Positions 1 through 10,980 of a DNA stretch of 42,289 nt are shown piece after piece; the stretch's first letter is position 1; each line of letters starts with the position of its first letter. Source of the stretch: an uncultured Nitrososphaerales archaeon (GTDB lineage Archaea > Thermoproteota > Nitrososphaeria > Nitrososphaerales > Nitrososphaeraceae); assembly GCA_963709405.1 (NCBI GenBank), contig CAVPXM010000022.1, positions 1 to 42,289 of the forward strand, given 5' to 3'. The position numbers and the translations under genes are program-made. The notes beneath the pieces were generated by a model. That model did no database searches and was not told the DNA's origin. It was given only the letters and a program-made list of their open reading frames with translations.

Positions 1-41
1 GTGAGAAAAACAGAGGAACCTTGTCCTAGCTCGAGCGTGCC

Positions 42-260
42 ATGGCTAACTTGTATTACAACGATCGACTCATTATCGCGCATGCGTCCATAAACCAGAG
101 CACCAAGCTCTGGAGTGCGGGAGCGGAAATTACTTGGAAACGCGATGGAGAACGGCAGTCATATACCCTCGGCGGCTTGGCGGATCGATTCAAGACTGCC
201 GAGGAAGCAGAGCGGTTTATAATCAATCTCGCCAAAACATGGATTGACGCCAACCCGTAA
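42..260 (+). CDS. small hypothetical protein (72 aa)
   Basis: ATG-started ORF with globular, protein-like composition; converges on the 303..779 gene; no recognised motif. Confidence 0.6.
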   Translation: MANLYYNDRLIIAHASINQSTKLWSAGAEITWKRDGERQSYTLGGLADRFKTAEEAERFIINLAKTWIDANP

Positions 261-302
261 CTCAGAAACGGCTTAGGGCGAGAGAGAAAAAGATCCGGAG
301 GT

Positions 303-779
303 TTATCTTGTGACTTTGATATTTTTACAGAAGCGGCTGTTCATCTGGTCGTTCATCTCAAACCACCATTTTTTGACCTGCACGCCGTCCGGCCTGAAAA
401 TTTGGGTTTCGTATCTTCCCTGCTGATCGGCAAGATTGGCAACCAGCTTTGAGGTGCAATCGAAGAGCACAATTCTGGGCCACGACTCGACCCTGCCCCG
501 GTCATCCTTATTAAACGATATGACGTCCGCGGCTATAAAATTCTTGAACGGCTTGATGGAATCCGGATGAACCAGAGTGATGTGGGTAACGTAGGGATAG
601 AACAACGTCCAAGGAACAATCGGGGCGCTGCCCTTTGTTTGAGAGATCAGCTCAAAGCCTTGCTTGTTCATCTCCTCGACAATACGTTTGTCCCAACGAT
701 AGGTTTCGATCAGACTGTTGAGAATGAGAATTGCAAGAAGAACTGCCAGAATGGCTGCGAGGGGTTTGAGAAACCTCAT
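303..779 (-). CDS. hypothetical protein with N-terminal membrane anchor
   Basis: MRFLK followed by a hydrophobic helix (PLAAILAVLLAILIL), then a soluble domain. Confidence 0.65.
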   Translation of the reverse strand: MRFLKPLAAILAVLLAILILNSLIETYRWDKRIVEEMNKQGFELISQTKGSAPIVPWTLFYPYVTHITLVHPDSIKPFKNFIAADVISFNKDDRGRVESWPRIVLFDCTSKLVANLADQQGRYETQIFRPDGVQVKKWWFEMNDQMNSRFCKNIKVTR

Positions 780-854
780 GACCCACTTACCTATCCCAGT
801 GGAGATTTTGGCACAAAGATGAAAAGGGAGCCAGCTGCTTCAGGGGGCGGTCAC

Positions 855-1418
855 TCACGGCCCCGGCGGTACTTTGTCGATGAGTTTGCCGTTTGTGTAC
901 AGCTCGTAACCCTTGATGCCGAGTTCGTAGCCCTGGGGCGGATGATCGGACATATCCAGGACGACTAAATCCAGAACAATCGTCGTCTCACCTTGGGGGC
1001 GAATCTCGAAAGGAAGCTTGATGGGACCGACGGTGTTTTTGATTTTAGTACTCCGTTGGCCCTTCTTGAGGAGGCCGCTGACTTCCTTGAGCTTCAAATG
1101 AATGGCGTCGAAGGCCCCTGTGTTGAGGCTACCGCGAAAGATTCGAGCGCTGCTTTTGCCGACGTACTTTGTCAGGTCGATGGCTTCAGGAGCCGTAGCT
1201 AGGCCTTTCCAGCCGCTTTGCCAAAACTTGAGTCCAGGCTTGGGGCTGATCAAGATTTCAGAGACGGTGAGGGTGAGTTGCGAAAAGTCGCCGATGGCCT
1301 CGCGGTGATCTTTGATTCGGACTTCGAAAGTGCCCTGACTTTCTGCCGCTCCGGCGGCCGGCGCCGCGAGACCAAGAGCCAAAATGAGGAGCAGGATTCC
1401 CGAGTGGATGCTGTTCAT
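855..1418 (-). CDS. DUF4382-like secreted beta-rich protein
   Basis: Signal peptide MNSIHSGILLLILALGLAAPAAGA; pattern GTFEVRIKD...DFSQLTLTVSEI...IDLT...ETTIVLDL. Start reassigned to the ATG at 1418, which overlaps the upstream stop (TGATG). Confidence 0.65.
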   Translation of the reverse strand: MNSIHSGILLLILALGLAAPAAGAAESQGTFEVRIKDHREAIGDFSQLTLTVSEILISPKPGLKFWQSGWKGLATAPEAIDLTKYVGKSSARIFRGSLNTGAFDAIHLKLKEVSGLLKKGQRSTKIKNTVGPIKLPFEIRPQGETTIVLDLVVLDMSDHPPQGYELGIKGYELYTNGKLIDKVPPGP

Positions 1419-2025
1419 CACCGGTTCGAGGATTCCAGCGAAGCCATATCCTTGAGAATTTCTTTTTCCCCCCACTTGTCCGTGTAGTAATCAACTCTAC
1501 GAATTCCGCGCTGATCGATGAGAGTTGTCAGCGTGGTGTGCTGAATCTGGCCGTCCGCCATCTTGCGCACCGTGACGCCGAACTCATGCCAAACCCTGGC
1601 GAGGTCTTTCTCGGATCCGGTGAGGAAAAGCCAATGATTGAAATCAGCTTTGAACTGCTCCCCATAACTTTTCAAAGCAGCGGCAGTGTCCCGCGCCGGA
1701 TCCGTGGTAATGCTCAGCAACAAATAGTCGTCTATTTTCCTTTCCCGCAAGGTGCGTTGGATGGCAGCGAATTTCGCTGTCAGCAGCGGCAAACATCCGG
1801 GCAGGTTGTGAAGACGAAAGTCGCCAAGACAATTTTTCCGCGGGCATTTGCGAAGCGGAAAGACTTGCCGTTCTGATCAAGGAGGCTAAACTCCGGCACC
1901 GCGGTTTGAGTTGCCTTGCGGCCGATTTCAGGTTTCTTCGGTGCAATGGGTAAATGAGGAAACGCCGGAGCGGCGCACAGGCTCAATAAAATGGTGGTCG
2001 ATGCCAGCAGCCCGCTAATGCTCAA
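1418..2025 (-). CDS. SCO1/SenC family copper chaperone (1-nt frameshift near 1790)
   Basis: FSLLDQNG...GKIVLATFVFTTCPDVC (CxxxC) joins PLLTAKF...SITTDPARDT...WLFLTG...IQHT...LIDQRG if one C is restored (TGCCGCTG to TGCCCGCTG). Start codon uncertain (TTG at 2025). Confidence 0.85.
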
Positions 2026-2911
2026 CTTTGAATTCATAGGTAACATCGACACTCTTCGTTCCGTCCGGTATATCGCCCCGAACCACGTAGGTACTGGAAT
2101 AGCTCTGCTCCTGCCCAGGTGAAATTCTTACCGGCAGCAGCAGGGCACATTCGACGACGTCCAGATGCTCGGTGAGAGCCCCAGGCTCAACGCGATGGGT
2201 AATGCGCGCAAAAACCTCCTTGTCGGTCAGGTTTTTGACGCGATAAGCGATGGTAAAAAGTTCATTCGGTTGGGTGACGGTCTGTTTGATCGTGGGTTTA
2301 GCCTCGATGGCGCCGTCTTGCGGCACGATGGTCGTGAAATTGACTCTTATCCCAGAGGCCCAGTCGAAGAACAGACGCCAGCCGTTGCCTTCCCTTACCA
2401 AGTTGAATTCTTCTTGCCCTTCAATCACTTCCAAACCGCCTCTTCGCTTCAAGCCATCGATAGAAGCCAGCAACTTCTTTTGCTCATGCGGCGGCAGCGC
2501 GTTGAGCCGCTCCTCATCCCAATCCAACAGCAACGTCCCGAGGCCGTTCATATCCGGCGCCCTAAAGGCCAAGGTGATCCGTGCGCGGTTATCATCTATT
2601 TTGATCTGCGCCGGCGTGAATTCGATAAACTCGGACAGCTTTTTGGCCGCTTCAAGAGCAAAACCGGAAAACGGACCACGCTCTCGAACATAAACTCCCT
2701 CTTCCTTTAGGCGTTTGTCCGCTGCAGATACGAATCGGTAGGCGTGTTTAAAATCCCGGGAATAAACGGCCCTCAGATACTTGATGAGAATGCGCACGGA
2801 TTGCTCGTCGTCCGCCTTATGCAGTCCCTCCGTGAGCACATAGGAGGCGGGCAGGACCAGCAATAGCGTTGCCGCGACGAACAAAATGAAAGGTTTGAGG
2901 TGAAGACGCAT
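2015..2911 (-). CDS. membrane-anchored protein with C-terminal Cox11/CtaG-like domain
   Basis: N-terminal TM helix; C-terminal IRVNF...PNELFTIAYRVKNLTDKEV...HRVEP...VVEC...ISPGQEQ...VTYEF follows the Cox11 pattern; adjacent to SCO. Confidence 0.7.
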   Translation of the reverse strand: MRLHLKPFILFVAATLLLVLPASYVLTEGLHKADDEQSVRILIKYLRAVYSRDFKHAYRFVSAADKRLKEEGVYVRERGPFSGFALEAAKKLSEFIEFTPAQIKIDDNRARITLAFRAPDMNGLGTLLLDWDEERLNALPPHEQKKLLASIDGLKRRGGLEVIEGQEEFNLVREGNGWRLFFDWASGIRVNFTTIVPQDGAIEAKPTIKQTVTQPNELFTIAYRVKNLTDKEVFARITHRVEPGALTEHLDVVECALLLPVRISPGQEQSYSSTYVVRGDIPDGTKSVDVTYEFKVEH

Positions 2912-2978
2912 CCGTCAATTTCTCTTTAAGACGCTGCCTGGCTTGCACTTATTCACGTAAAAGGGACGGAGGAGCGAG

Positions 2979-4387
2979 CGTCGCCCCTCATCACGGTGGG
3001 CAGCTTGTCCAGCGGTGCGTTGTACGAATAGCCACGCTGCCAGTGAAAATCCCACTTCGGGGTCTCGATCAGGCATTCGCGCTTGGGCTCGTCGGCGGGA
3101 GGGCCACCCACCCGACCGGTTCGATCGATCTCCATGCGCATGCCCGTGCCCACGTAGTGCATGTGGGTGCCCACGGTGAAGATGCGCGCGGGGATCGGCA
3201 CCAGGTCGGTCACGCGGATCTCGGCGCGCTCTTCGTGCCCGCGGGCGTTGGCCGGGATCAGGAACGCGGGTCCCGCAGCCGGATCATCGGCACCCGGCAT
3301 CAGCCCCTCGGCCGGTTGCGCGCGTTGCCCGGCAAGGCCAGCAGCGCGGTGTACGGGGTGCGGGTCGTGGTCCAGCGCAGATCCACGGACGTGGCGTCGG
3401 TCTCGACCTTGGTGCCGGGATGGTAGTGAACGTTGATCACGAGGCGTGAGCCCTTGGGCACCGCCAGACCGGTCCCCGGCGCAGCTCGTTGGGCACCGCA
3501 CCGGGGGCCCAGGCCCCCAGCAGCTGACTGGAAAAACCCGGCGCCCCAAAACAGGGATAACTGCCGTCGGCCTGCACCAGAGCGTCGGAGTCGCGGTTGC
3601 TGTCCAGCCAGACCAGCACGTGATGGACCACCTTCGGGTTGCCGGGCACCACTTGCAGCCCGGTGATCCACGAGTTCGCGGCAAACTCGTGCGGCAGCGG
3701 GAAGCAGCGGAACACGTCGCTTTGCCCCTCGACCGAAAACGGCCTGGCCATGGTGGTGCGCAAGCTGGGGTTGGCCAGGCTCAACGACGCCGGCACCGGT
3801 GCGGACGCGCCGGCTGCCGTGCCCTCGGGAGCGCCCGCCGCCGCCCAGCGTGCCAGCAAGGATTTCTCCTGTGGCGTGAGCCGTTGATCGTCTTTCCAGC
3901 CGAAGCGGGGCTGGCAGCCTTCGGTCTCGGTCGCCTGCCAGGGTGGCATGCGCCCCGCCGCGACCGCCGTGGCCATGACCACGGCGAAACGTTGCGCGCT
4001 GGCGTACGAGGTCAGCGCAAACGGGCCGATGCCACCGGTCTGGTGACAGCCCATGCAGCGCGCGGCCACGATCGGGGCGACGTCGGCATGCCAGGTCGGC
4101 GCGCCCGCGTGCGCCGGATCGGCCGGGTCCGCCGGGACCTGGGTATCGCCCGCGCTGGCATCCATCCCGCCGCTGCCGCCGCCGGCACCCGCGGGCTGAT
4201 CGTACTGACCGGCCCCCTCGGTCCCGGCGGCACCGGAATCACCGGGGCCGGCGGAGCCGGGGGCGGCGCCGCCCGACGATCCGGACCCGCAGCCCGCGCC
4301 AGCGGCCAGCACCGTCGCCACCGCCACCGCTGGGAAACCCGCGAACCGCGCGAGCCCCGCTGCCCGCCGCACCACCTGTCGCTGCAT
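2979..4387 (-). CDS. cytochrome c / type II copper monooxygenase (PHM/DBH-like) lipoprotein; two frameshifts (~3480, ~3315), 3'-truncated at a junction
   Basis: Lipobox-like LAAGAGC; CMGCH heme motif with MPPW; VVHHVL, NVHYH and GTHMHYVG His motifs; WDFHWQRGY. Three ORF-track frames concatenate into one protein. Confidence 0.8.
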
Positions 4388-4489
4388 CCAATAGAATGCA
4401 CCACCGGGCCGGGGCTTTCACGGACAGCTGTCAGTAGGTGATCGGGGCAGACCGGCGGCCGCCAGGCGCCCGGGGCTGACAGCTAGACC

Positions 4490-4654
4490 TCAGCGTAGAT
4501 CCAGCAGAATTCGCTGGGCGGCGTTGTGGCCGGCCGCGCCGATCACCGAGCCGGCCGGGTGGGTGCAGGCACTACAGGAGTAGAGCCCCGCCAGCGGCGT
4601 GGCGTAGGGCAGCCGATCGGCGAAACCGAAGCCGTTGTCGACGTGGTGGATGTG
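4490..4654 (-). CDS. 3' fragment of phytoene desaturase-like FAD-dependent oxidoreductase
   Basis: HIHHVD...YATPLAGLYSCSACTHPAGSVIGAAGHNAA is the typical family C-terminus; GC-rich codons; 5' part absent. Confidence 0.75.
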   Translation of the reverse strand, partial: HIHHVDNGFGFADRLPYATPLAGLYSCSACTHPAGSVIGAAGHNAAQRILLDLR

Positions 4655-5176
4655 TTCCTTTACGTCATCTTTCTCATGTTCAACAAAAGTCATGAATGCT
4701 TTTACATTCGCAAAGATCGCATTATTCGCAATTCTCGTTGCAGCTATTACATTATCTGCAAAATTGCTTACTGTTCTCGAATAGATCTCAGCTGCTCTTA
4801 ATGGAGATGCCCAACTTTTCCAAAATGTACCATACACAGACTCTACATACGGAAACCAGGTTGATTGATATAACTTTACAATCTCCTTTTGAGATTCTAC
4901 ATAATTATCTGTAATTTCTCTAGTTGTTTGGAGGGAGTGTTCTTGATAATCATTAATAACTTGTGTATTACGTGGGATCTCGCGTTTGGCTTCCTCTAGT
5001 GTTCTCTTGATATTGTCTTTAGTTTCATCTAAGGCTGTATCTATCGATTGGTATTGTTCTGATAATGTTGTTCTTGCTTGTATACTCTTATCATCTTCTA
5101 ATACTGTTGTGGCCGTTAATTTCTCAGCTTCTCTTTTTGAAGTGGTTATGTCGTCTTTAGATTTGTTGTCTACCAT
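4655..5176 (-). CDS. Nitrososphaeraceae-type helical hypothetical protein, 3'-truncated at junction
   Basis: AT-rich codons; amphipathic helical sequence (ALDETKDNIKRTLEEAKREIPRNTQ...) that I recognise as a recurring Nitrososphaera hypothetical family. Confidence 0.65.
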
Positions 5177-5599
5177 TTTATATCGTCCTATAATATATTA
5201 ACATCCATCTAATATATATGTTGGTATTTAATGGGTCTAAAATCCATATAACACCAACTAATGTCACTATCCGGTGAGGCATCTAGTGACAACCAAATTC
5301 GGTTATACCAAAATTTTTGCCAATTCTCTCTTACCTGCACGAGCACTCGTTACCGATTACAAGACTGGCAATATTCGTTATCATTGGTCTCGATTAAATC
5401 GACTGACGCGTTCTGTTAATACGTTACCGTTATGGCACGTGAGAGGTTCTCTCTATCTTATCCGGTAAGACTTCAAGACGCCAGATAATTAAATAGCAAT
5501 TATTTCCTATTCTTTATTTGTGGTTTTGGAGATTAATTTCCTAACTCGCAATTAGGCATACATATTTGGCATCTAGCAGTTCTTCAGATCTATTTACTT

Positions 5600-5830
5600 T
5601 CAATCCCCTCCTTGCCTGTCATATTGGTCAAGAGTCTAACTGTATTAGAATCATTCACAACCGGAGGATATACTTCGACTATATTCTTATACGCAATTGC
5701 TACATTTATACCTTCTTAAAAGTTCCACTATCAGGATATTTTATCTTTATCCCAGATAGATTATCGTTATATAGAAAACCACTCAGTATTTCTGCTCTAT
5801 TATTAGAAACTATACTAATCTCATTTATTC
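5600..5830 (-). pseudogene. possible PsbP-like gene remnant
   Basis: Minus strand reads ...GFLYNDNLSGIKIKYPD..., resembling FLTYHDPVYGIKIQYPS of the 37432 gene; frame broken. Boundaries approximate. Confidence 0.25.
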
Positions 5831-6860
5831 TCTTTTACAGAAACATACAAAAGAAAACGAAATTTCGGTTACGGCTAATAAAGTAGATGCCAAACGATTG
5901 GTAGCGCATGATGCCTTACAGTAATAAGTCCGTATGGTCAGTAGAGCGATAATTTGATCGGGAGACTACCATCACTTAAAACTATAGTTCTACCAAGTGG
6001 TATCAGAGTGTTATCATCTAGATTGAGTTCATCGTATGGTGTTAAGACAGCATATACCTTTTGCGGTGATATATACCGGTTACATAAATTATTCCTAATC
6101 TCACTTGAGTAGTGTTGTTAGCTTCAGCTAGGTAAGGAAGAAATGATGTCCATCAAGAACACCTTCACCTGCCTAGTACCTGCGAGTAGGTTGGAAGTAA
6201 AGAAAGACTAAATCATCGAGATTTTTATGATGGCATCTACATCTATTAGATATCCTCAAATTAATTTGATTGTATCATCATCTTATATCAAATAATCACT
6301 AAGAATGACAGTGAGATTGATAATGATGCAATAATGAAATAATCGACTCAAGCATTTGTGGGACAAAATATCACTTGATTACAGGAAGGTGAAGTAAGAC
6401 ATAGGTAATTTTAGGACTGTTAGATATGATCTGCCAGGAAATATTGAAAAGCGTATGAGATCTACACTGGCATCTCACACCAAGATATGCTATTACTGCT
6501 ACAACTGATGCAGCTACCTACAAGTTTCAGTATAGATTCGAATCTTATCTTTATTCACTTTAAAAATTGATTCGTTGATCGTTGGATTTCTTCGCTAATT
6601 AATGATTACACTTTTTCGACTAGAGCCGAGGTTTTTATCTATTGAGTCAGCATAGTACATTTTAGGTTCATATTAGCTGCAAATGTCTTGCATTACTCAG
6701 ATGGATCTCAATAATGCTTCTCAAATTCTGGTTTTGAAGCACGCAAGATGCAAATGATATGCAGACGTCGAAGACAAACATTGCTTGTATTGATTCACCT
6801 AGCAAGTTAGATCGATGAATCAGTTCTCAACAGTATTTACTATCACCTTTCCAAGTCCGA

Positions 6861-7736
6861 TCAACTTAGACCTTTTGCCATCATCTGGTGAAATTCGGCA
6901 TCTGACATGCTATTTTTACTTTTTACCCATCCTTCAACATCTTTTCCTACCAAATACCTTAAGTTAGGACTACTGCTAGTTACGGCTTCGAGAACTGCAC
7001 TTGCTACGAGTTCGGGCGAGCATCCATTTTGTGCCATTATGCTTGAAGCGGCGTCAATTTTTTTCATCATCTGTAAATAAGGTGAATGTGGATCTTGAGA
7101 TTTTTTAGAACTTATAGTGGCTCGATCAAAGTCGGTTTTAACAAAGCCAGGTTCGATTAACACCACCTTTATTCCAAAAGGTTCGAGCTCATAGGAAATA
7201 GACTCACTTAAACCTTCAACCGCAAATTTCGTGCTAACGTATGCTGAACCACTCGGATAACCAAACCGGCCGGCTCCTGAGCTGATATTAACTACTACTC
7301 CCGATTTTTGCTTCCTCATTATTGGAAGCACAGCCTGAGTTGTTCTTATCAAACCGTAGAAATTGGTTTCAAATTGAGTTTTTATCTCATCTATTGTTAG
7401 CTCTTCCAATGCTCCGCTTAGTCCATATCCTGCGTTATTAACAAGTACATCGATTTTCCCAGTCTCAGTGATAATAGATTGGATTGCATTTTTGACTGAA
7501 GTTTCATCTATGACGTCAAGCTGTACTACACTTATAGGCAATCTTTCCTTATCTGCGAGTGCCTTTATTTTGTCGCTCTTTTTCAGATTCCGCATACTTG
7601 CATAAGTAAGAAAGTTATTTCTTGCCAAGAGTAAAGATGTTTCAAACCCAATTCCACTTGAGTTGCCCGTTACAACGGCAACTTTTTGATTGTGTTCTTT
7701 TTCTTTGTGTACGGTCAAACTATTACTATCCATCAT
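6861..7736 (-). CDS. short-chain dehydrogenase/reductase (SDR)
   Basis: TGNSSGIG NAD(P)-binding motif, NNAG, catalytic S...YVSTK, IEPG. Confidence 0.95.
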   Translation of the reverse strand: MMDSNSLTVHKEKEHNQKVAVVTGNSSGIGFETSLLLARNNFLTYASMRNLKKSDKIKALADKERLPISVVQLDVIDETSVKNAIQSIITETGKIDVLVNNAGYGLSGALEELTIDEIKTQFETNFYGLIRTTQAVLPIMRKQKSGVVVNISSGAGRFGYPSGSAYVSTKFAVEGLSESISYELEPFGIKVVLIEPGFVKTDFDRATISSKKSQDPHSPYLQMMKKIDAASSIMAQNGCSPELVASAVLEAVTSSSPNLRYLVGKDVEGWVKSKNSMSDAEFHQMMAKGLS

Positions 7737-8865
7737 GTTAGATCTTGTTATAATTATCATGTATCAAATATTATGATTATCGTCGTTTCTGATGTTTAGA
7801 ATAAAACATGTGGTTCAAATGAGTTTGCTCTACTTTTTATTCCAAACTAAGGTATGTTTACTAAATATTTGGTTTGCAGATACTACTTGGCTACTTTGTC
7901 TGTAGTAAAACTCTGTCCATGCAGATCATCATGATCTCAATAAAGAGCGATGTATATATTCAACCAAATTTAAGGTCATACTACGCAATCCTAAAGGCCG
8001 ATTTGTAAACCTATTCACCAGTTTTTGTATCTATTTAAAATCTTTAGTCGAAGTCAAAGTCAATCATCTGATTTTCAAAAAAGTGCCCACAGTATATCGG
8101 CGCGTATATTAACCTCGGAGTAAGATACTATACCTATTCGTTCCCGTATGTTTGCTTCGTCAATTTGTCTATCCTGCTATCTTTAGAATTGAGTGTTTAA
8201 GATTAGTCTGTACTGGTCACCGTGGTTTGAATTGCTTATCGACCCATTCGCAGTTGAGTCACCACCTTACGTGTCACCACTTGTTGATTCTGATGTGCGC
8301 CCCCAGTTCCAGCACTACCGATTGCAGTTGGTTCGCCGAGGCTTCCATCAACGCTGGATGTGAATGTGCAGCCGCTTCGAGCCCACCTGGTTGACCGATT
8401 TCAGAAGCGCCTGTCATAGTATTAGTTAATCTTAGAACATCCACCAGTTCTAGTACTGCCTGTTGCTGTACCATTCATTCAGCCAGTTTGAGGTTTGTAC
8501 CCAGTCGACCCCGCCGCCTGTCTAGGTTGGACCCGTCGCTGCGCCGTCTTAAAACTGGATTCCTTATTCCGCTTATCATTATATGTGCATCTCTTACATG
8601 CCCGGTGATAATACTATTTTTACATCCCATGTGCGACTTTATGTTCCAATAATTTTCATATTCCTCTTTATAGATTATCTCCAGTTTGAGCTCATCCAAA
8701 TTTTTTTGATGTAAGCAAATAATTGTGAGATCTACACAATCTGTAGGCTTATTTGTTCTGGCGTTATTGCCTCTTGATAACGGTAATCTCTATCATACAC
8801 TCTGATGTAGCCCATTCAATGAAGCTATGTTTTTAGTCTAAGACAAAAATTTAGTCTAAGAATTG

Positions 8866-10348
8866 CTACGTACTAGACAATTCTCTTCTTGTGCCGGAAA
8901 GTACTCCTTTCATCTGTTCCTTAGTCTCTTCATATCCATCTTTAATTAAGCTGTCGAATTGTAGTTTTTGAAAAGTCAAATGTCTTATTTGAAATAGTAT
9001 GATTATCGTTCTTTCGCTCCAAACGAACAACAAAATCAACATCTACTCTACCCTTCACTAAATCATCATATCTTCCCTGCTTGCCAGTAACAAGAAGAAA
9101 AGCCTTAGTTTTCTCCTTCAAAATCTTTTGCAATGCCTCTTTGCTTGCACCATTCTCTTCGGCTAATTTGATTAGAGACTTTGCTAGTAATGCGTAATCT
9201 GATACTAGAATTGCAACAAATTCATCAAATTCTGTTCTGTCATGATATATGATGTCATTCTTTCTGTCAAGAACACTGTCATAATCATGAGGAACATATT
9301 CTTGTTTAGCTGGATGAAGATTTATTATACCGAATTTGAGTCTGGGTAAATTGTGTTCCAATTTCCTCACTTTATGCCAATAATGTCTGTGAGCAACGAC
9401 GGTCTGCCTTAGAGGCGTATTAGCTAATAGACCGCCATCCCAGAAAAAGCGCAAGCTGTTACTGACGTTCGAAGAAGGCCGATTATTATCCTCCATTTCT
9501 GTGTTGTTGCCTTGCTTTGGCATATCCAAAGTATGGTTTTCCACCTCTAGTCTAGTATAGTCATAATTTACCGGAACCGAACAACTTGCTAATACGAAAT
9601 CTGCCTTTATTCCATCTTCATATCTTATAACATGTTCAAATCCCTCATTATTCTCTGAATCCTTCGTCGAACCACCAGATTTCATTCTACCATATTTCCC
9701 GTATTCAGACTTCCTTGTTCCGTCTTCCTTTTCGTAACTATCAAAAACTACTGGAGTAGCCTCCTGTACATCGACAGCAACCAGCAAGAGTCTTGGTTCA
9801 CCATTTTCGAAGCTTGTAGAAATAGGAAACTTTGCAAACCTTTCCAGGCTTTCTTTTAATGGTTTGTTATCATAGATATACCACGTATTTGAAGGGTCAA
9901 AAAATCTATTGTCTAGCAAAGGTGTCTTTGGTATAAACACGTTAGGAACTCCTTTCAAAATAAATTCCTTAGTGCTAAAATATCTTCTGGCAGCCTCTCC
10001 TGAAGCAATATGTCTATCTAATTTACGCCAAGAATCCCAATACTGTGTAAAGTGTGGTATGCTTTCAACAGATGACTGTTTAGAAACATATTCCCAAAAT
10101 TCTACAAGTCTTTCGCCAGATCCTTCCCAGGTTTTATTTTCCTTTACATAGCTTACCAAAATAGCAGCGTTTATCGCGCCTATTGATGTTCCAGATACAA
10201 TATGAAATATTGGTTCATTTCCCCTCCCTTCGGTTCTAAAGAATGCAGAAAGTTCCTCATTGATATCTTTGTAAGCGCCAGCTTCATACGCACCAAGCGA
10301 ACCCCCTCCTTGAAATATTAAGGCTCTATGTATACTACCAGAATTCAT
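8866..10348 (-). CDS. patatin-like phospholipase (1-nt frameshift near 8945)
   Basis: QGGGSLG, GTSIG (GxSxG) and WDGG motifs. Removing one A after IRQL extends the protein with IKDGYEETKEQMKG... to a stop at 8866. Confidence 0.9.
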
Positions 10349-10537
10349 AACTCTTATCGCACATGCAGGATATATATATATTATTATTATTATCAAAGGG
10401 TATCCTCGTAAAGAATTACCTGACCCAACAAAATTGCATAATGGTGATTTCTGTTTCTCTCAGCTTACCATGCTGTGAAATAACGTTTTCTATTTTTGTT
10501 ATTCCTACTTCAACGTGCAATACTCTAATACCTGAAC

Positions 10538-10980
10538 CTACTTCCATTCCCACAAGCCTTTTTTTAGCCTCCTATTACACAGTATATACTTCTATCTTGA
10601 ACACTTCTAGAACGTTGTTCAGGAATGAAGGTTTACCAGCTGATCATGATCTGTAAATTGCTGAACCTCTCCAGAGTGTTTTTTTCCAAGTAATTCTCTA
10701 ACTCCATATCCACTAATAGTAACACTCTTAATGCTATCTTCTATAGTTGGTATGAGTATTTTTCTTTCGTCATAATAATATGTTGCTTGGTGTTAGTCTT
10801 TTTGCCTCATCATCTAGGTCTTGGTATATTCCAATATCTACTAATTATAGTGACATCCAAACCTCCTATTTTACCCCTACACGTTACCGTTGTTTCTGTC
10901 CTTTGTGAATCATGAATAGCTCTTATATCAATATCTGCCATTTTAATCGATGAAACGATGTTATGAATTGTTTCTATTGA
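10538..10980 (-). pseudogene. degraded member of a Nitrososphaeraceae beta-rich family ending in WEWK
   Basis: Fragments in different frames: TETTVTCRGKIGGLDVTII, LWRGSAIYRS*SAGKPSFLNNV...EV, LWEWK*. Confidence 0.45.

Noticed and set aside
3043-4441. Many long overlapping ORFs on both strands
   Set aside because: Shadow ORFs expected in very GC-rich DNA; Arg/Pro/Ala-rich and overlapping the monooxygenase.
1-4654. Bacterial genes as a horizontally acquired island in an archaeon
   Set aside because: Both junctions cut genes mid-frame with no mobility signatures; chimerism is more parsimonious.
8230-8699. Locally GC-richer stretch with short ORFs and Gly/Ser/Thr-rich fragments
   Set aside because: May be a decayed secreted-protein gene, but no frame gives a recognisable product.
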